IMG/VR virus record: IMGVR_UViG_3300021256_000003 | Location: 1-64,000 of that record | Source of the DNA: a virus | Taxonomy: Duplodnaviria > Heunggongvirae > Uroviricota > Caudoviricetes | DNA length: 64,000 nt | Reading direction: 5' to 3' (one strand) | Part shown: in pieces, positions 26,164 through 35,933 of the stretch | Layout: each line of letters begins with the position of its first letter | Position numbering within the stretch: the first letter of the stretch is position 1 | Program-made: the position numbers and the translations under genes | Notes under the pieces: generated by a model | Databases searched by the model: none | What the model was told of the DNA's origin: nothing | What the model saw: the letters and a program-made list of their open reading frames with translations, nothing else

Positions 26164-26432
26164 GAAATAATAAGTATATAACTGATTTTTATGTTGGTAT
26201 GAAGATTAAAATTGCTTTACCAACTTCTTGGTGTCAAGTAAAATCTAACTCACCTATACAATGGCTTAAAGGTAAAATTACATCAATACCAATTGATAAA
26301 CGAACTGGAGAACCAAGTAAAGATGCTATTATCGTTTCAGTTTGGTCTAAAAAGGTAGGAAGAATTGATAATATGCTGTGTTTTAGAGATAAAGAAACTG
26401 GTACATTTGACCATATAATTCAACAAAAATAA
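26160..26432 (+). CDS. hypothetical protein
   Basis: 90 aa ORF. Confidence 0.4.
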   Translation: MRNNKYITDFYVGMKIKIALPTSWCQVKSNSPIQWLKGKITSIPIDKRTGEPSKDAIIVSVWSKKVGRIDNMLCFRDKETGTFDHIIQQK

Positions 26433-26593
26433 TGGATCAAAATCTTAGAGAATATATAATTAGAGAACTAAAATATACTTCTCACCCAAAGTACTATAAA
26501 TATATTGAAGAATATGTTGATAATCTAGATGATTATCATCTAATGTATTGGAAAGCTTGGAGTGAGGGAAAAATGAGTATATATTCGTAAATT

Positions 26594-26884
26594 ATGAGAA
26601 ACGATAGAATTATTAACATTGATTTTCAAGGTTGGCCAGTATATGCTTTAACTTTAAGAGAAATATTATGTCATCTTGGAGCAGTTGAAAAAGATGGGGT
26701 TTTAGGATTTAACATTGATGATAAAAAATTAGATATTGTTCCTAATGTTTATGATGATGATGGAATGGCTTATGGAGTAAATAAACGCTATATATCAGAA
26801 GCTGGTTCTTATAGTGATGATGGTGATTATATAAATATCTTTACTGATATTGAAGATAATAGAATTAATGAAAAATTATCTTAA
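26594..26884 (+). CDS. hypothetical protein
   Basis: 96 aa ORF. Confidence 0.4.
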   Translation: MRNDRIINIDFQGWPVYALTLREILCHLGAVEKDGVLGFNIDDKKLDIVPNVYDDDGMAYGVNKRYISEAGSYSDDGDYINIFTDIEDNRINEKLS

Positions 26885-27068
26885 TCATGTGTTTATTTAA
26901 AAAGAATTCAAAACATAAATGTGAACATAAATATAAAACTATAAAAGTATATGAATGTAAACACACAAGTATGCTTTGTAATGAATATATAACAATACAT
27001 TATATTCAAGAATGTGAGTTATGTCATGATATGAGACATTATAGTTTTGATATTGATTAACTTTCTAA

Positions 27069-27141
27069 GCCCTCTTAGTTCAACGGATTAGAACGTAGGT
27101 CTACGGAACCTAAAATAAAGGTTCGAATCCTTTAGAGGGTA
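27069..27141 (+). tRNA. tRNA-Arg (anticodon ACG)
   Basis: Acceptor GCCCTCT/AGAGGGT, D arm GTTC..GAAC, anticodon stem TAGGT/ACCTA with loop CTACGGA, T arm AAAGG-TTCGAAT-CCTTT. Confidence 0.85.
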
Positions 27142-27145
27142 CTAT

Positions 27146-27176
27146 AAGGAGACTGGATAACCTAGTCTCCTTTTTT
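27146..27176 (+). terminator. rho-independent terminator
   Basis: AGGAGACT-loop-AGTCTCCT followed by TTTTTTATT. Confidence 0.6.
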
Positions 27177-27196
27177 ATTAATTAAAAATTTAAATT

Positions 27197-27625
27197 ATGA
27201 GTCAGTATTTAAGTTTTTACTTGAAAAGACGAGATACTTCGGGTATTAGAATCGAATTAGGATATTGGTGTACTACTCCTGCCAGAACATTAAGTGGAGA
27301 AGGTATTTTTAGATATACTAATGAAGAAACTAAAGTAACCCCAGAATTATATGAATATAATATGCATGAATTTAATGCCTATATTAAATCTATGCAAGAT
27401 TATATTCAAGATGAAAAAGATAAAAATTATAAGGAGCTTTTTCAGGGATGTAAATCTGAAGAATCTGCCAGAATTGCATATGAACACATGCAAGATTCTG
27501 AAGCTTGTATTAAAGAATGGACAGAAGAATTAGAAATATATACTGATATAAGAGATACAATTAAAACTTATTGGAATATTGCTCAAGAAAATGATCAATA
27601 TGACCTATACTATACAAACTGGTAA
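27197..27625 (+). CDS. hypothetical protein
   Basis: 142 aa ORF. Confidence 0.45.
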   Translation: MSQYLSFYLKRRDTSGIRIELGYWCTTPARTLSGEGIFRYTNEETKVTPELYEYNMHEFNAYIKSMQDYIQDEKDKNYKELFQGCKSEESARIAYEHMQDSEACIKEWTEELEIYTDIRDTIKTYWNIAQENDQYDLYYTNW

Positions 27626-27954
27626 TGTATATAGATACTGATAAAGGGCTAGTATATGCTCGTGGATGTGTATATAAAAGATTTTTGATTGATGGTGATG
27701 AGGATCCATGTAGTAAATGTGAACTAGATTGTAAAGTATGCCCAGAATATTTTTTTTCAGATTCTAGTGACGGATATTATAAACTTACTGAAGAATTTCC
27801 TGAAGGGTTTAAAGCTAAAGCAGAAGAAGAAATAAATTCAGTAAAAGATTTAAATCAATCTCGAACTATTAGTTTACAGGAAGCATTGTCGTCAGCTGCT
27901 ATTAAACCTTTTGTTAAATCAAATAATTTTCAAAAAAATATTGAATTATTATGA
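27625..27954 (+). CDS. hypothetical Cys-rich protein
   Basis: 109 aa with a CxxC...CxxC pattern. Confidence 0.4.
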   Translation: MYIDTDKGLVYARGCVYKRFLIDGDEDPCSKCELDCKVCPEYFFSDSSDGYYKLTEEFPEGFKAKAEEEINSVKDLNQSRTISLQEALSSAAIKPFVKSNNFQKNIELL

Positions 27955-28211
27955 AAGTTACAGTTGACATTGATTCAAAAATTATCAAAATAGATAATGA
28001 TATTTATTTTGGACAAACTCAAGAATCTCATATAGATGATGATGATTGTCAGATATGTGCATTAAACAATTACTGTGAGCATTTAGATAGTTCACCTCTT
28101 TGTGAACCATTCAACGTTTGTTTCTTTAGTAATGGCCCGATAGTGGTAATAGATGCAGAAAGTGTTTCTAATATCACTAAAATTCCTCAAGAAAATATTG
28201 TATTTTGTTAA
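27951..28211 (+). CDS. hypothetical Cys-rich protein
   Basis: 86 aa ORF. Confidence 0.35.
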   Translation: MKVTVDIDSKIIKIDNDIYFGQTQESHIDDDDCQICALNNYCEHLDSSPLCEPFNVCFFSNGPIVVIDAESVSNITKIPQENIVFC

Positions 28212-28258
28212 ATCTTTTAGATTAACTATTTTTAATAAAAAATTAAATTTTTTAAATT

Positions 28259-28639
28259 ATGTTTACAAAAGAATTTGTTTCTAAACAATTTTGTGAAGGT
28301 GGCATTGATGCTATCATGAGTTTAATTCATGCTTTAGAGGTAAAGCCGATGATTGATGATGTCATTCGTCAGTTTGACTTTGAGAAGGTTGCTACCATTA
28401 TTTGTAACACGACAGATAATAAGATTTGCCCTGCTGAACTTAAAGCCGTGGCCACTAAGATGTTGGTTAAAGCTGTTGAAGGATATGAATCTGGCGAGTC
28501 AAATACTGTTGAGCAAAATGGTTTAATTGCGGAATATTTAGCTCCTGGTGACGGTATTGAAAGTGAGAACGGTGAACTTCATCTGAGATATGTTGCTGAA
28601 GCTACTAGTGTAGAGCAGACTGACTTAAATCAACTCTAA
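28259..28639 (+). CDS. hypothetical acidic protein (moderately GC-rich)
   Basis: 126 aa ORF. Confidence 0.45.
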   Translation: MFTKEFVSKQFCEGGIDAIMSLIHALEVKPMIDDVIRQFDFEKVATIICNTTDNKICPAELKAVATKMLVKAVEGYESGESNTVEQNGLIAEYLAPGDGIESENGELHLRYVAEATSVEQTDLNQL

Positions 28640-29037
28640 TGAAACTTCATGTAATAAATAAATATTTTGCAACTATAAATCAAGATACAGAAGTTATCTT
28701 AGTTTGCAAAATAATCTTTAAAAACTTTACTCTTTCTGGGCCAGAAATAGATAGACTTTTAAAGAAGTATGATATAGATCCACTTTCTTTAACATTTAAA
28801 GTAAAAGCTACTGCTCATTTAAAACCTGAAGATACTTTTGACGCAGAGATCGGCAGGAGAGTTGCTGAATCGAAAGCGATGCGTAAAGTATTTCATAAGC
28901 TCAGTGCTTTAAATCTTGATTTTCAAATCGTTGTAGCAAATGAAATTATTGAAGATACCGATAAGTATATGTGGGCTTTAGCTAATGAAAATCTTCATTT
29001 TAATAACCTAAGTAATGGACAGACAACAAATTCTTGA
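28639..29037 (+). CDS. hypothetical protein
   Basis: 132 aa ORF. Confidence 0.4.
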   Translation: MKLHVINKYFATINQDTEVILVCKIIFKNFTLSGPEIDRLLKKYDIDPLSLTFKVKATAHLKPEDTFDAEIGRRVAESKAMRKVFHKLSALNLDFQIVVANEIIEDTDKYMWALANENLHFNNLSNGQTTNS

Positions 29038-29239
29038 TTGTCTTAATTCTGGAAATATAAGTCCTGAATTTATAGCAGATTGGGTATCTGATAAAGTTCC
29101 TTCCGATAAAGTAGGACAAGTTGTTAGTGCAATTATCCAATATGGGATGACTCCGCCTAATATGATACCTGAAATGCTTGTTAAGTATAAAATAAATCAA
29201 GTGTTGTCTCGAACAGGTGAACATATTATGTGGTATTGA
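29015..29239 (+). CDS. hypothetical protein
   Basis: 74 aa ORF. Confidence 0.35.
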   Translation: MDRQQILDCLNSGNISPEFIADWVSDKVPSDKVGQVVSAIIQYGMTPPNMIPEMLVKYKINQVLSRTGEHIMWY

Positions 29240-29456
29240 TATGAATGCTACAATTGATGATATAAGACAAGAAATTTGGTTAAGGATGAGAAATTCTGGG
29301 GATTTAGTTTGGAAAAGTAAAGACCGAGAAATTCCTATTAAAGACATGGAATTATCTCATCTTCTTAATACATATCAATTATTATTAAGAAAAACTAAAT
29401 CAGACTCAACTGATATAGATTCAAGTATATTACAACTTAATGTTAATAAATGTTAA
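29217..29456 (+). CDS. hypothetical protein
   Basis: 79 aa ORF. Confidence 0.35.
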   Translation: MNILCGIDMNATIDDIRQEIWLRMRNSGDLVWKSKDREIPIKDMELSHLLNTYQLLLRKTKSDSTDIDSSILQLNVNKC

Positions 29457-29499
29457 AGTACTTGGATTTTTTAGTAATAATGTGTATTATAAATTAAAT

Positions 29500-29640
29500 G
29501 TGCTTCCGGTTTCTAACTTACCGATAAAGTTAGTGACTATTGCTGGCCTTCTCAACAAGATGAAGGCGGAGTTGGTATAACTATAAAATACGCTAACCTA
29601 GCCTTAGTAAGACCGAAGCACCTTACAACAAGGCTAGGTT
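29500..29640 (+). ncRNA. candidate structured RNA / complex terminator
   Basis: Long-range pairing GTGCTTCCGGT...ACCGAAGCAC encloses stems GCCTTC-loop-GAAGGC and CCTAGCCTT-loop-AAGGCTAGG, followed by TTTTATTATTT. No ORF. Confidence 0.35.
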
Positions 29641-29669
29641 TTATTATTTAATTACTAATAATTTAAACA

Positions 29670-30089
29670 TTGGGAGATTTAATTGTTTATACAGACGGAG
29701 CTTATTCACCTTTGAGAGATCAAGGAGGGATAGGAATAGTATTTGTAAAAGACGGCAAAAAAATTGCCCAATATTCTAATATGTATCCTCATACTAGTAA
29801 TAATCAAATGGAAATTGGCGCAGTAATTGTTGCATTAAAGTCAATTAAACCTCAACAATTTTCTCGGATTATTATTAGAACAGACAGTCAATATGTAATT
29901 GGCTGTGCATCTTTAAATTGGAAAAGAAAAAGAAATCCAAAGTTATGGGAACAGTTTGATTTAATCTTTGGTCAAATTAAAAATTCTGGAGTAGAAGTTT
30001 TATTTGAATGGGTAAAAGGTCATGATGGGGATATGTATAATGAATTAGCAGATGATTTAGCTAGAGATGCTAGTCAAATTATGGTATGA
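29670..30089 (+). CDS. rnhA: ribonuclease HI
   Basis: YTDGAYS, NNQMEIGAVIVAL, TDSQYV and W..VKGHDG..YNELADDLARDA together form the full RNase H signature. The start is apparently TTG. Confidence 0.85.
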   Translation: MGDLIVYTDGAYSPLRDQGGIGIVFVKDGKKIAQYSNMYPHTSNNQMEIGAVIVALKSIKPQQFSRIIIRTDSQYVIGCASLNWKRKRNPKLWEQFDLIFGQIKNSGVEVLFEWVKGHDGDMYNELADDLARDASQIMV

Positions 30090-30379
30090 GAATTGAAGAA
30101 GCTGATTTTATTTTAGAACCTTCTTTGACAGATTATGATGGAATATTTGATTTATATCTTCCTCAACAAGTAAATAGTAAAACTAATCCTAGAATTGAAT
30201 TTAGATCTGCAGGATATGGAATGTCTTTAGCAAGTTGTGTTAAACGGATATGTAGATATCGTGCTATATCTAAACTAAATAAGGAGACTATTACACTTAT
30301 GGAATATATGAAAGCTCTATTAGAATCTGAAGAGGAATTAAAACAGATGTTCAATGAACTTAATATACGTAAAAGATAA
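30086..30379 (+). CDS. hypothetical protein
   Basis: 97 aa ORF. Confidence 0.4.
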   Translation: MRIEEADFILEPSLTDYDGIFDLYLPQQVNSKTNPRIEFRSAGYGMSLASCVKRICRYRAISKLNKETITLMEYMKALLESEEELKQMFNELNIRKR

Positions 30380-30659
30380 TAATGTTGTAGGAGTAAGTAA
30401 GAGGTATGTTTATTTAGAGGAAATCTTTGAATATACACCTAATTCCTGTCGTTTAGCAGATTCTAGATATATCTCGTGTGCTAAGCCTTTAAATCTTAAT
30501 AAATCTCAGTCTTATAAGAGATTTCCCAAAGAAAAACGTTCTTTAAGACGTACTTTAACCTTATTATATGCTCCAGAGCATTATCTTATAGAACAAGAAT
30601 ATATACAAGTAAAAGGTTCCGAACTATTAAAATATGCTAAACAAGTGGGAAAAGGTTAA
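30354..30659 (+). CDS. hypothetical protein
   Basis: 101 aa ORF. Confidence 0.35.
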   Translation: MNLIYVKDNNVVGVSKRYVYLEEIFEYTPNSCRLADSRYISCAKPLNLNKSQSYKRFPKEKRSLRRTLTLLYAPEHYLIEQEYIQVKGSELLKYAKQVGKG

Positions 30660-30984
30660 AATTATAGGAATCATACTACTTATTTTGATTATTTTAGTAT
30701 TTTCATGTATATGGATATACAATAGAACTGTTAAATCTTTGCCTGATACTGAACGAATTATAGATTCTTTATCTAATAAGATTGATAGTATTAAAGTTGA
30801 AAATATTACTTTAATTCAAAAGAATGATAGTATTCAAATTAAAATTGTAGAAGTAGAAAGAAATCATGAAGAGAATACTAACACTATTCTTACTAATAAC
30901 GTGTCTGACGACTACCTCTTTTTCACAGACTACATTGCTAGATACAATGATAGCAATTACGCCAGGACAGTTAAAGACAGCTAA
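30634..30984 (+). CDS. membrane-anchored protein
   Basis: N-terminal TM helix. Confidence 0.4.
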   Translation: MLNKWEKVKIIGIILLILIILVFSCIWIYNRTVKSLPDTERIIDSLSNKIDSIKVENITLIQKNDSIQIKIVEVERNHEENTNTILTNNVSDDYLFFTDYIARYNDSNYARTVKDS

Positions 30985-31249
30985 TTTAATATTTGTGGAC
31001 CATTCTTATCTACAAGAAAAAGTCAATTTATTACAACAGCAGATATCTAATGATAGTATTATTCTTAATAATACATACACAATAGATTCTCTTAGAAATG
31101 AACAACTTTCTCAGTATAAAGTTCAAATAAATGCATTGAATGAGCAAAAAGATTTTTTAAAGAAATCATTAACTTGTTCTAATTTTGTTGCTGGAGGAAG
31201 TGTTATAACTACAGTTATTCTAGCTGTTGTATTATGGGCAACTCGATAA
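30866..31249 (+). CDS. secreted/membrane protein with signal peptide and C-terminal TM
   Basis: MKRILTLFLLITCLTTTSFSQ signal peptide. Overlaps the previous ORF in another frame, so one of the two may be spurious. Confidence 0.35.
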   Translation: MKRILTLFLLITCLTTTSFSQTTLLDTMIAITPGQLKTANLIFVDHSYLQEKVNLLQQQISNDSIILNNTYTIDSLRNEQLSQYKVQINALNEQKDFLKKSLTCSNFVAGGSVITTVILAVVLWATR

Positions 31250-31449
31250 ATATATTTAAAGATGAGGATGGATTTACTTATAGATATCCTGAACGTAGCT
31301 GTAAGAGCTGTTTAAAATATCCGTGTATCCCTGATATGAATACACTATTAAGTGATTTTGCTAAATATGGTTGTTTTGACTATTATGATTTTAATATGCA
31401 CATTGCAGATTTAGAAAAAAAGAAACATAAAAATCATAATGGAAATTAA
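31234..31449 (+). CDS. hypothetical Cys-containing protein
   Basis: 71 aa ORF. Confidence 0.35.
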   Translation: MGNSINIFKDEDGFTYRYPERSCKSCLKYPCIPDMNTLLSDFAKYGCFDYYDFNMHIADLEKKKHKNHNGN

Positions 31450-31759
31450 CGAAATAACTATACACGCTAAACTTCTAGCTTCTGTACAAGAAGGTATGGG
31501 TTATATTACTTATGTATTTGAAAATTTAGAGTTTACTGACGATGATTTTCAATATATAATGTGTGTCCGTTTTCCAAATTGGGAAGGAGTTCTACCTAAA
31601 AATGGGGATGAAGGATATGTATCTTTAAGATATATCCAAGCGGGAGTTGATAAATGGTTTGATGGGAAAGAATTTGTTCCTTATAACTATACTAATGTGC
31701 AGTTTTTAAAATTTGTCCCTATACAAACTAAACAGACAACTACATTGATATTAGATTAA
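31439..31759 (+). CDS. hypothetical protein
   Basis: 106 aa ORF. Confidence 0.4.
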   Translation: MEINEITIHAKLLASVQEGMGYITYVFENLEFTDDDFQYIMCVRFPNWEGVLPKNGDEGYVSLRYIQAGVDKWFDGKEFVPYNYTNVQFLKFVPIQTKQTTTLILD

Positions 31760-31812
31760 ATATTTTTTAATAGATAAATTATGACTACAAGTTAAAAGTA
31801 AATTTTAATAAT

Positions 31813-32691
31813 ATGGCAACAGAATTTGGAGATGCACTCCAGACAGCATTAAGCAAAGCTGACAATACTAGTAATTACATTTGGAAAGGCCCAAAAATTA
31901 ATGGAACTCAAAAAGAAGTAAAATTAATTGATTGTAGTGAAGAAGAGTTGAAACATTTTCTTGATCATTGTAATCAAATGCTTTATAATAAGAATGATAA
32001 GAATCCAGGACGTCTTGTGCTTCTTGATATTGTCAATGAGCAAATTATGAGATGTCGTGCTGAATTGTTAATTCGTTGGCTTCGTTCCGAAAAGAATTTT
32101 ACATATACTCAATGTTTTGAAGCTGTTCGTGCTATTATAAGTAAGAATAAAGCAGAAATTCCTAATATTGAACAATATGCTATAGGACAGGTTATGGATG
32201 GTATTCCTACTGAATATACTCGTATTCCAATAACTCTTGTTCAAAGCGCTTGTCTTGACGGCCTCGGACTATTTAATAATAGTCATCTTACTTTGAATTT
32301 TATTCTTCGCTTAGGAATTTGGTTGACTCAAAAGGAAATGCAAACACCTTACCCCGAGGGTCTATATATTAAAGATCCTGTAACAGGTAAGGCTCAAAAT
32401 AGACTTGAACTTATTAAGAAAGAGCTTCATTTGAATCCTAATATCAATCTTAAAATTATTGATACAGGATTGTCTTATGCTGAATTTAGATCTATGTGCA
32501 GACTCCGTAGAGATAAATATGCAAACTTAACTTCGGATCAACTGAAACTTTTAAGTAATAAGGTATTATATCGTTTCCAAGAACAATGTGAAGCTCAGGC
32601 TAAACAGTGGCTGGATAAGAAAGCTGAAATACTCGAAGTAGCTAAAGTAAAGAATTATAATATTGTTGATCCAGAAGAAAAAGTTAAGTAG
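31813..32691 (+). CDS. hypothetical protein
   Basis: 292 aa ORF upstream of the helicase. Confidence 0.5.
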   Translation: MATEFGDALQTALSKADNTSNYIWKGPKINGTQKEVKLIDCSEEELKHFLDHCNQMLYNKNDKNPGRLVLLDIVNEQIMRCRAELLIRWLRSEKNFTYTQCFEAVRAIISKNKAEIPNIEQYAIGQVMDGIPTEYTRIPITLVQSACLDGLGLFNNSHLTLNFILRLGIWLTQKEMQTPYPEGLYIKDPVTGKAQNRLELIKKELHLNPNINLKIIDTGLSYAEFRSMCRLRRDKYANLTSDQLKLLSNKVLYRFQEQCEAQAKQWLDKKAEILEVAKVKNYNIVDPEEKVK

Positions 32692-32710
32692 ACTTTAACT
32701 TATTCTAAAC

Positions 32711-33979
32711 ATGGATCTATTTACTCCCGTTTCACGTGATGTTAGACAAAATGAAGCAGTAAATAAATGGATAAAAGCTAAAGGTAAAGGTACTATAGTA
32801 GCCTGTACAAGTTTTGGTAAAACCTTTTTAGCGATGAAATCCATTAAACTACTAAGAACTAAATACCCAGACTTATCTGTATTGATTTTAGTTCCTACTA
32901 CTGCATTAAAACAACAATGGATAAATGTTTTAACAGATAATGATCTCATTTTTAATATTGATGTTCAAGTGATGATGGGAGCAAGTCAAAGAGAAACTTC
33001 TTGTGATTTACTAATTTTAGATGAAGTACATCGATGTGCTGCTACAAAACTTTTGAATGTTTTCAAAGTAGTTAAATACAAGTTAATTCTTGGATTAACC
33101 GCAACATTTGAAAGATTAGATGGAAGAGATGTACTTCTAGCTGAACATGCTCCTGTGGTAGATACAATAACTTTACAAGAAGCAGCTCTTAATGGATGGA
33201 TTGCTAAATATACTGATTATGTTGTAATTGTCGAACCAGATGATTTAAGTATCTATAAAGAATATAATAAGGAATTTATACAACATTTTGAGTATTTTGG
33301 ATTTGATTTTAACTTAGCAATGAAAATGACTGGACCTAAAGGATTTGAAAATCGTAAGGAATATACTAGTGCGATTTGTAAAAATCCTGATGAGTGGAGT
33401 AATATCCTTAAAGAAGTCACTTATCATGCAATGGGTTTAAATCGAACTTTAGCTAAACGAAAAGCTTATATAGCAAACCACCCAGCAAAATTACGTGTAG
33501 CACAAGCTATCATTAACGCAAGACCTGATAGTAAAATTATTACGTTTTCTTCTAATGTAAAAACTGCTGAATCCTTTAAAAATGGATATGTGTTTACAGG
33601 AAAACAAGGAAAACAAAAGAATCGCATGACTTTAGAAGAATTTGCAGCAAAACCTACCGGAATATTACACACAGTAAAGCTTGCAGAAGAGGGAATCTCA
33701 ATACCCTCAGTAGATGTAGGTATTATGTTAGGTGTGAATTCAAGTAAAACTAAAGCTGTTCAAACTCTTGGAAGATGTCTTCGACTTAACGGAGAAAATA
33801 AACATGCAGAATTCTTTACAATAATTCTCGCAGGAACTGTTGAAACTGAATGGATGCAAAAATCAAGAAGTAATGATAACTTTATTACATTAGATGAAGA
33901 AAATTTAATGTTAATGCTACAAGGTAAACCATACGAAACATATAAAAGAAAATTACAACAACTCAATTTTCGATTTTAA
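32711..33979 (+). CDS. superfamily II DNA/RNA helicase (DEVH box)
   Basis: Walker A ACTSFGKTF, motif II LILDEVHR and motif III GLTATF, plus a C-terminal helicase domain. Confidence 0.75.
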   Translation: MDLFTPVSRDVRQNEAVNKWIKAKGKGTIVACTSFGKTFLAMKSIKLLRTKYPDLSVLILVPTTALKQQWINVLTDNDLIFNIDVQVMMGASQRETSCDLLILDEVHRCAATKLLNVFKVVKYKLILGLTATFERLDGRDVLLAEHAPVVDTITLQEAALNGWIAKYTDYVVIVEPDDLSIYKEYNKEFIQHFEYFGFDFNLAMKMTGPKGFENRKEYTSAICKNPDEWSNILKEVTYHAMGLNRTLAKRKAYIANHPAKLRVAQAIINARPDSKIITFSSNVKTAESFKNGYVFTGKQGKQKNRMTLEEFAAKPTGILHTVKLAEEGISIPSVDVGIMLGVNSSKTKAVQTLGRCLRLNGENKHAEFFTIILAGTVETEWMQKSRSNDNFITLDEENLMLMLQGKPYETYKRKLQQLNFRF

Positions 33980-34229
33980 AAATGACTGAATTTTATACCA
34001 GAGCTGAATATAATAAGCTCGCTATGAAGTTAAAGAGTCGAGAACTCACGATTGAACGTCTTAAAAAGGAAATTGAAAGTCTTAAGGCTAAACTTAAGAA
34101 AGAAGTTCAACTTCCTGAAGGCACTTAAATCGAAACTCCTGCAGGCTCTATTAACCTATTTCATAATAATTTAGTGATATGTAACTAAATTACCAACAGA
34201 TTAAGTATATGATTACTTAATTTGTATAA

Positions 34230-34841
34230 ATGAAACATGTTAATTTGATGCTTGATGAAGAGTTCGTTATTTTTGAGAAATATAAAATTTCTCCGAATGA
34301 ACTATTCTTTTTACAGATTCTTCTTTTAAGCAAAGAAGAAGATGAACAAGAAACTATACATCGCTATTTTAACTTGCCTGAAGAAGCAAGAGGTTCTATT
34401 ATAGATTTATTAAAAAGTTTAAAGGAAAAAGGAATTATCCTTTCATCATATACTATTCCTAAAAAAGGAAAAACATTTAATCCACTTGACGTACCATTAA
34501 ATCAAAATTTCCAGAAAGCTTATTTTAAAGCTTCGTTTGACATGTTCCAAGAGTTGTATGAACACTATCCTGTTAGTACAATTGTAAATGGAATTGAATA
34601 CAAGTTAAAACGTATTTCAAAAAAATTTGATTCTTTAGAGGACGCTGGTAGATTTTATGGCAAAGCAATTAGGTTTAATCCAGAAAGACACCGACGTATT
34701 ATAGAATTAGTAGATCTTGGTAAAGAAAATAACTATCAATTTACTACATTAGATTCATTTCTAGTAGATAATGATTGGTTAAATTTGGAAGAAATGCAAG
34801 ATCAAGGTTTACTTAACCATTCTATGATGCGACAAATATGA
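34230..34841 (+). CDS. hypothetical protein (possible replication initiator/helicase loader by position)
   Basis: 203 aa ORF directly upstream of and overlapping the DnaB-like gene. Confidence 0.4.
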   Translation: MKHVNLMLDEEFVIFEKYKISPNELFFLQILLLSKEEDEQETIHRYFNLPEEARGSIIDLLKSLKEKGIILSSYTIPKKGKTFNPLDVPLNQNFQKAYFKASFDMFQELYEHYPVSTIVNGIEYKLKRISKKFDSLEDAGRFYGKAIRFNPERHRRIIELVDLGKENNYQFTTLDSFLVDNDWLNLEEMQDQGLLNHSMMRQI

Positions 34842-35932
34842 TTCACGAATCTCTACTAAGACAAATTGATCGAGGACGAGAGAAAAAGAATCAAGGTATT
34901 TCTACTGGATTACCAAAAGTCGATTCAATCACTGATGGAGTAATGCAAGGCACTAATACATTAGTGTTTTCTAATTCTGGAAGTGGTAAAACTTCATATG
35001 CTATCTTTTCTTATATTTACATGCCATTAGTTAAACATCTTGATGATGATAAGTTTAAAGTGATTTACTTTTCACTTGAAATGACCGCAGAAATGTTAAT
35101 GGCGAAACTTTTAGCTATACATCTGTATTATGAATATAATATAGAAGTGTCAGTTAAAGAACTATTATCTCGAAAGAAAGGTTATATATTATCTGATGAT
35201 ATATATGACTTAGTAAAACAGAGTGAAGAATGGATGAAAAAAGTGGAAAAACATTTATTCATCTATGATAAAAATGTAAATGCCGATACGATTTATGCAA
35301 TTACTATGCAGCAGTTAGAGAAATATGGAAAATTCTCTGAAACTGAAAATAAACATGTCTATACTCCATATGATCCTGATAGAATAGTTTTAGGTGTAGT
35401 AGATCATGTTAGTCTTGAAACTCCAGCTAAGGGACGTACATTAAAAGAAGAAATTGATTTAACTTCTAAGTATGGTGTTAGCTTGAGAAATAGAACTAAT
35501 ATGAGTTGGCTCTATATTCAACAAACTAATAGGGACCAAGGTAATATAGAACGTTTTAAAGCTAATAAATCAGCATTTACATTGAATGATACTAAGGATA
35601 GTGGGAATATCGTGCAAGATTGTGAAGTTGTAATAGCAATTTACAATCCTTTTAGGGATGGTCTTAAACGATATAATAAATATGATGTTGAACAACTTAA
35701 TAATTGTTTTAGAAGTTTACTAATCTTAAAGAATAGATATGGTGAATCTGAAGTAGAAATTCCTGTAGTATTTTTTGGAAAGAATAATATTTGGTATGAA
35801 TTACCTCGAAGCGAAGAAATCTATGATTATGGATATTATTCAAGTTCCTTAAATTTATTACAATCTGAAGAAATTAGATCTGAAGAGAAATCTAAGATGA
35901 ATAATACTTCTAACTTAAACTTTACTATATAA
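34838..35932 (+). CDS. DnaB-like replicative helicase (RecA-fold C-terminal domain)
   Basis: GLPKVDSITDGVMQGTNTLVFSNSGSGKTSYAIFS resembles the DnaB G..LD....G....DL.I.A.RP.MGKT pattern. Confidence 0.6.
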   Translation: MIHESLLRQIDRGREKKNQGISTGLPKVDSITDGVMQGTNTLVFSNSGSGKTSYAIFSYIYMPLVKHLDDDKFKVIYFSLEMTAEMLMAKLLAIHLYYEYNIEVSVKELLSRKKGYILSDDIYDLVKQSEEWMKKVEKHLFIYDKNVNADTIYAITMQQLEKYGKFSETENKHVYTPYDPDRIVLGVVDHVSLETPAKGRTLKEEIDLTSKYGVSLRNRTNMSWLYIQQTNRDQGNIERFKANKSAFTLNDTKDSGNIVQDCEVVIAIYNPFRDGLKRYNKYDVEQLNNCFRSLLILKNRYGESEVEIPVVFFGKNNIWYELPRSEEIYDYGYYSSSLNLLQSEEIRSEEKSKMNNTSNLNFTI

Positions 35933-35933
35933 T

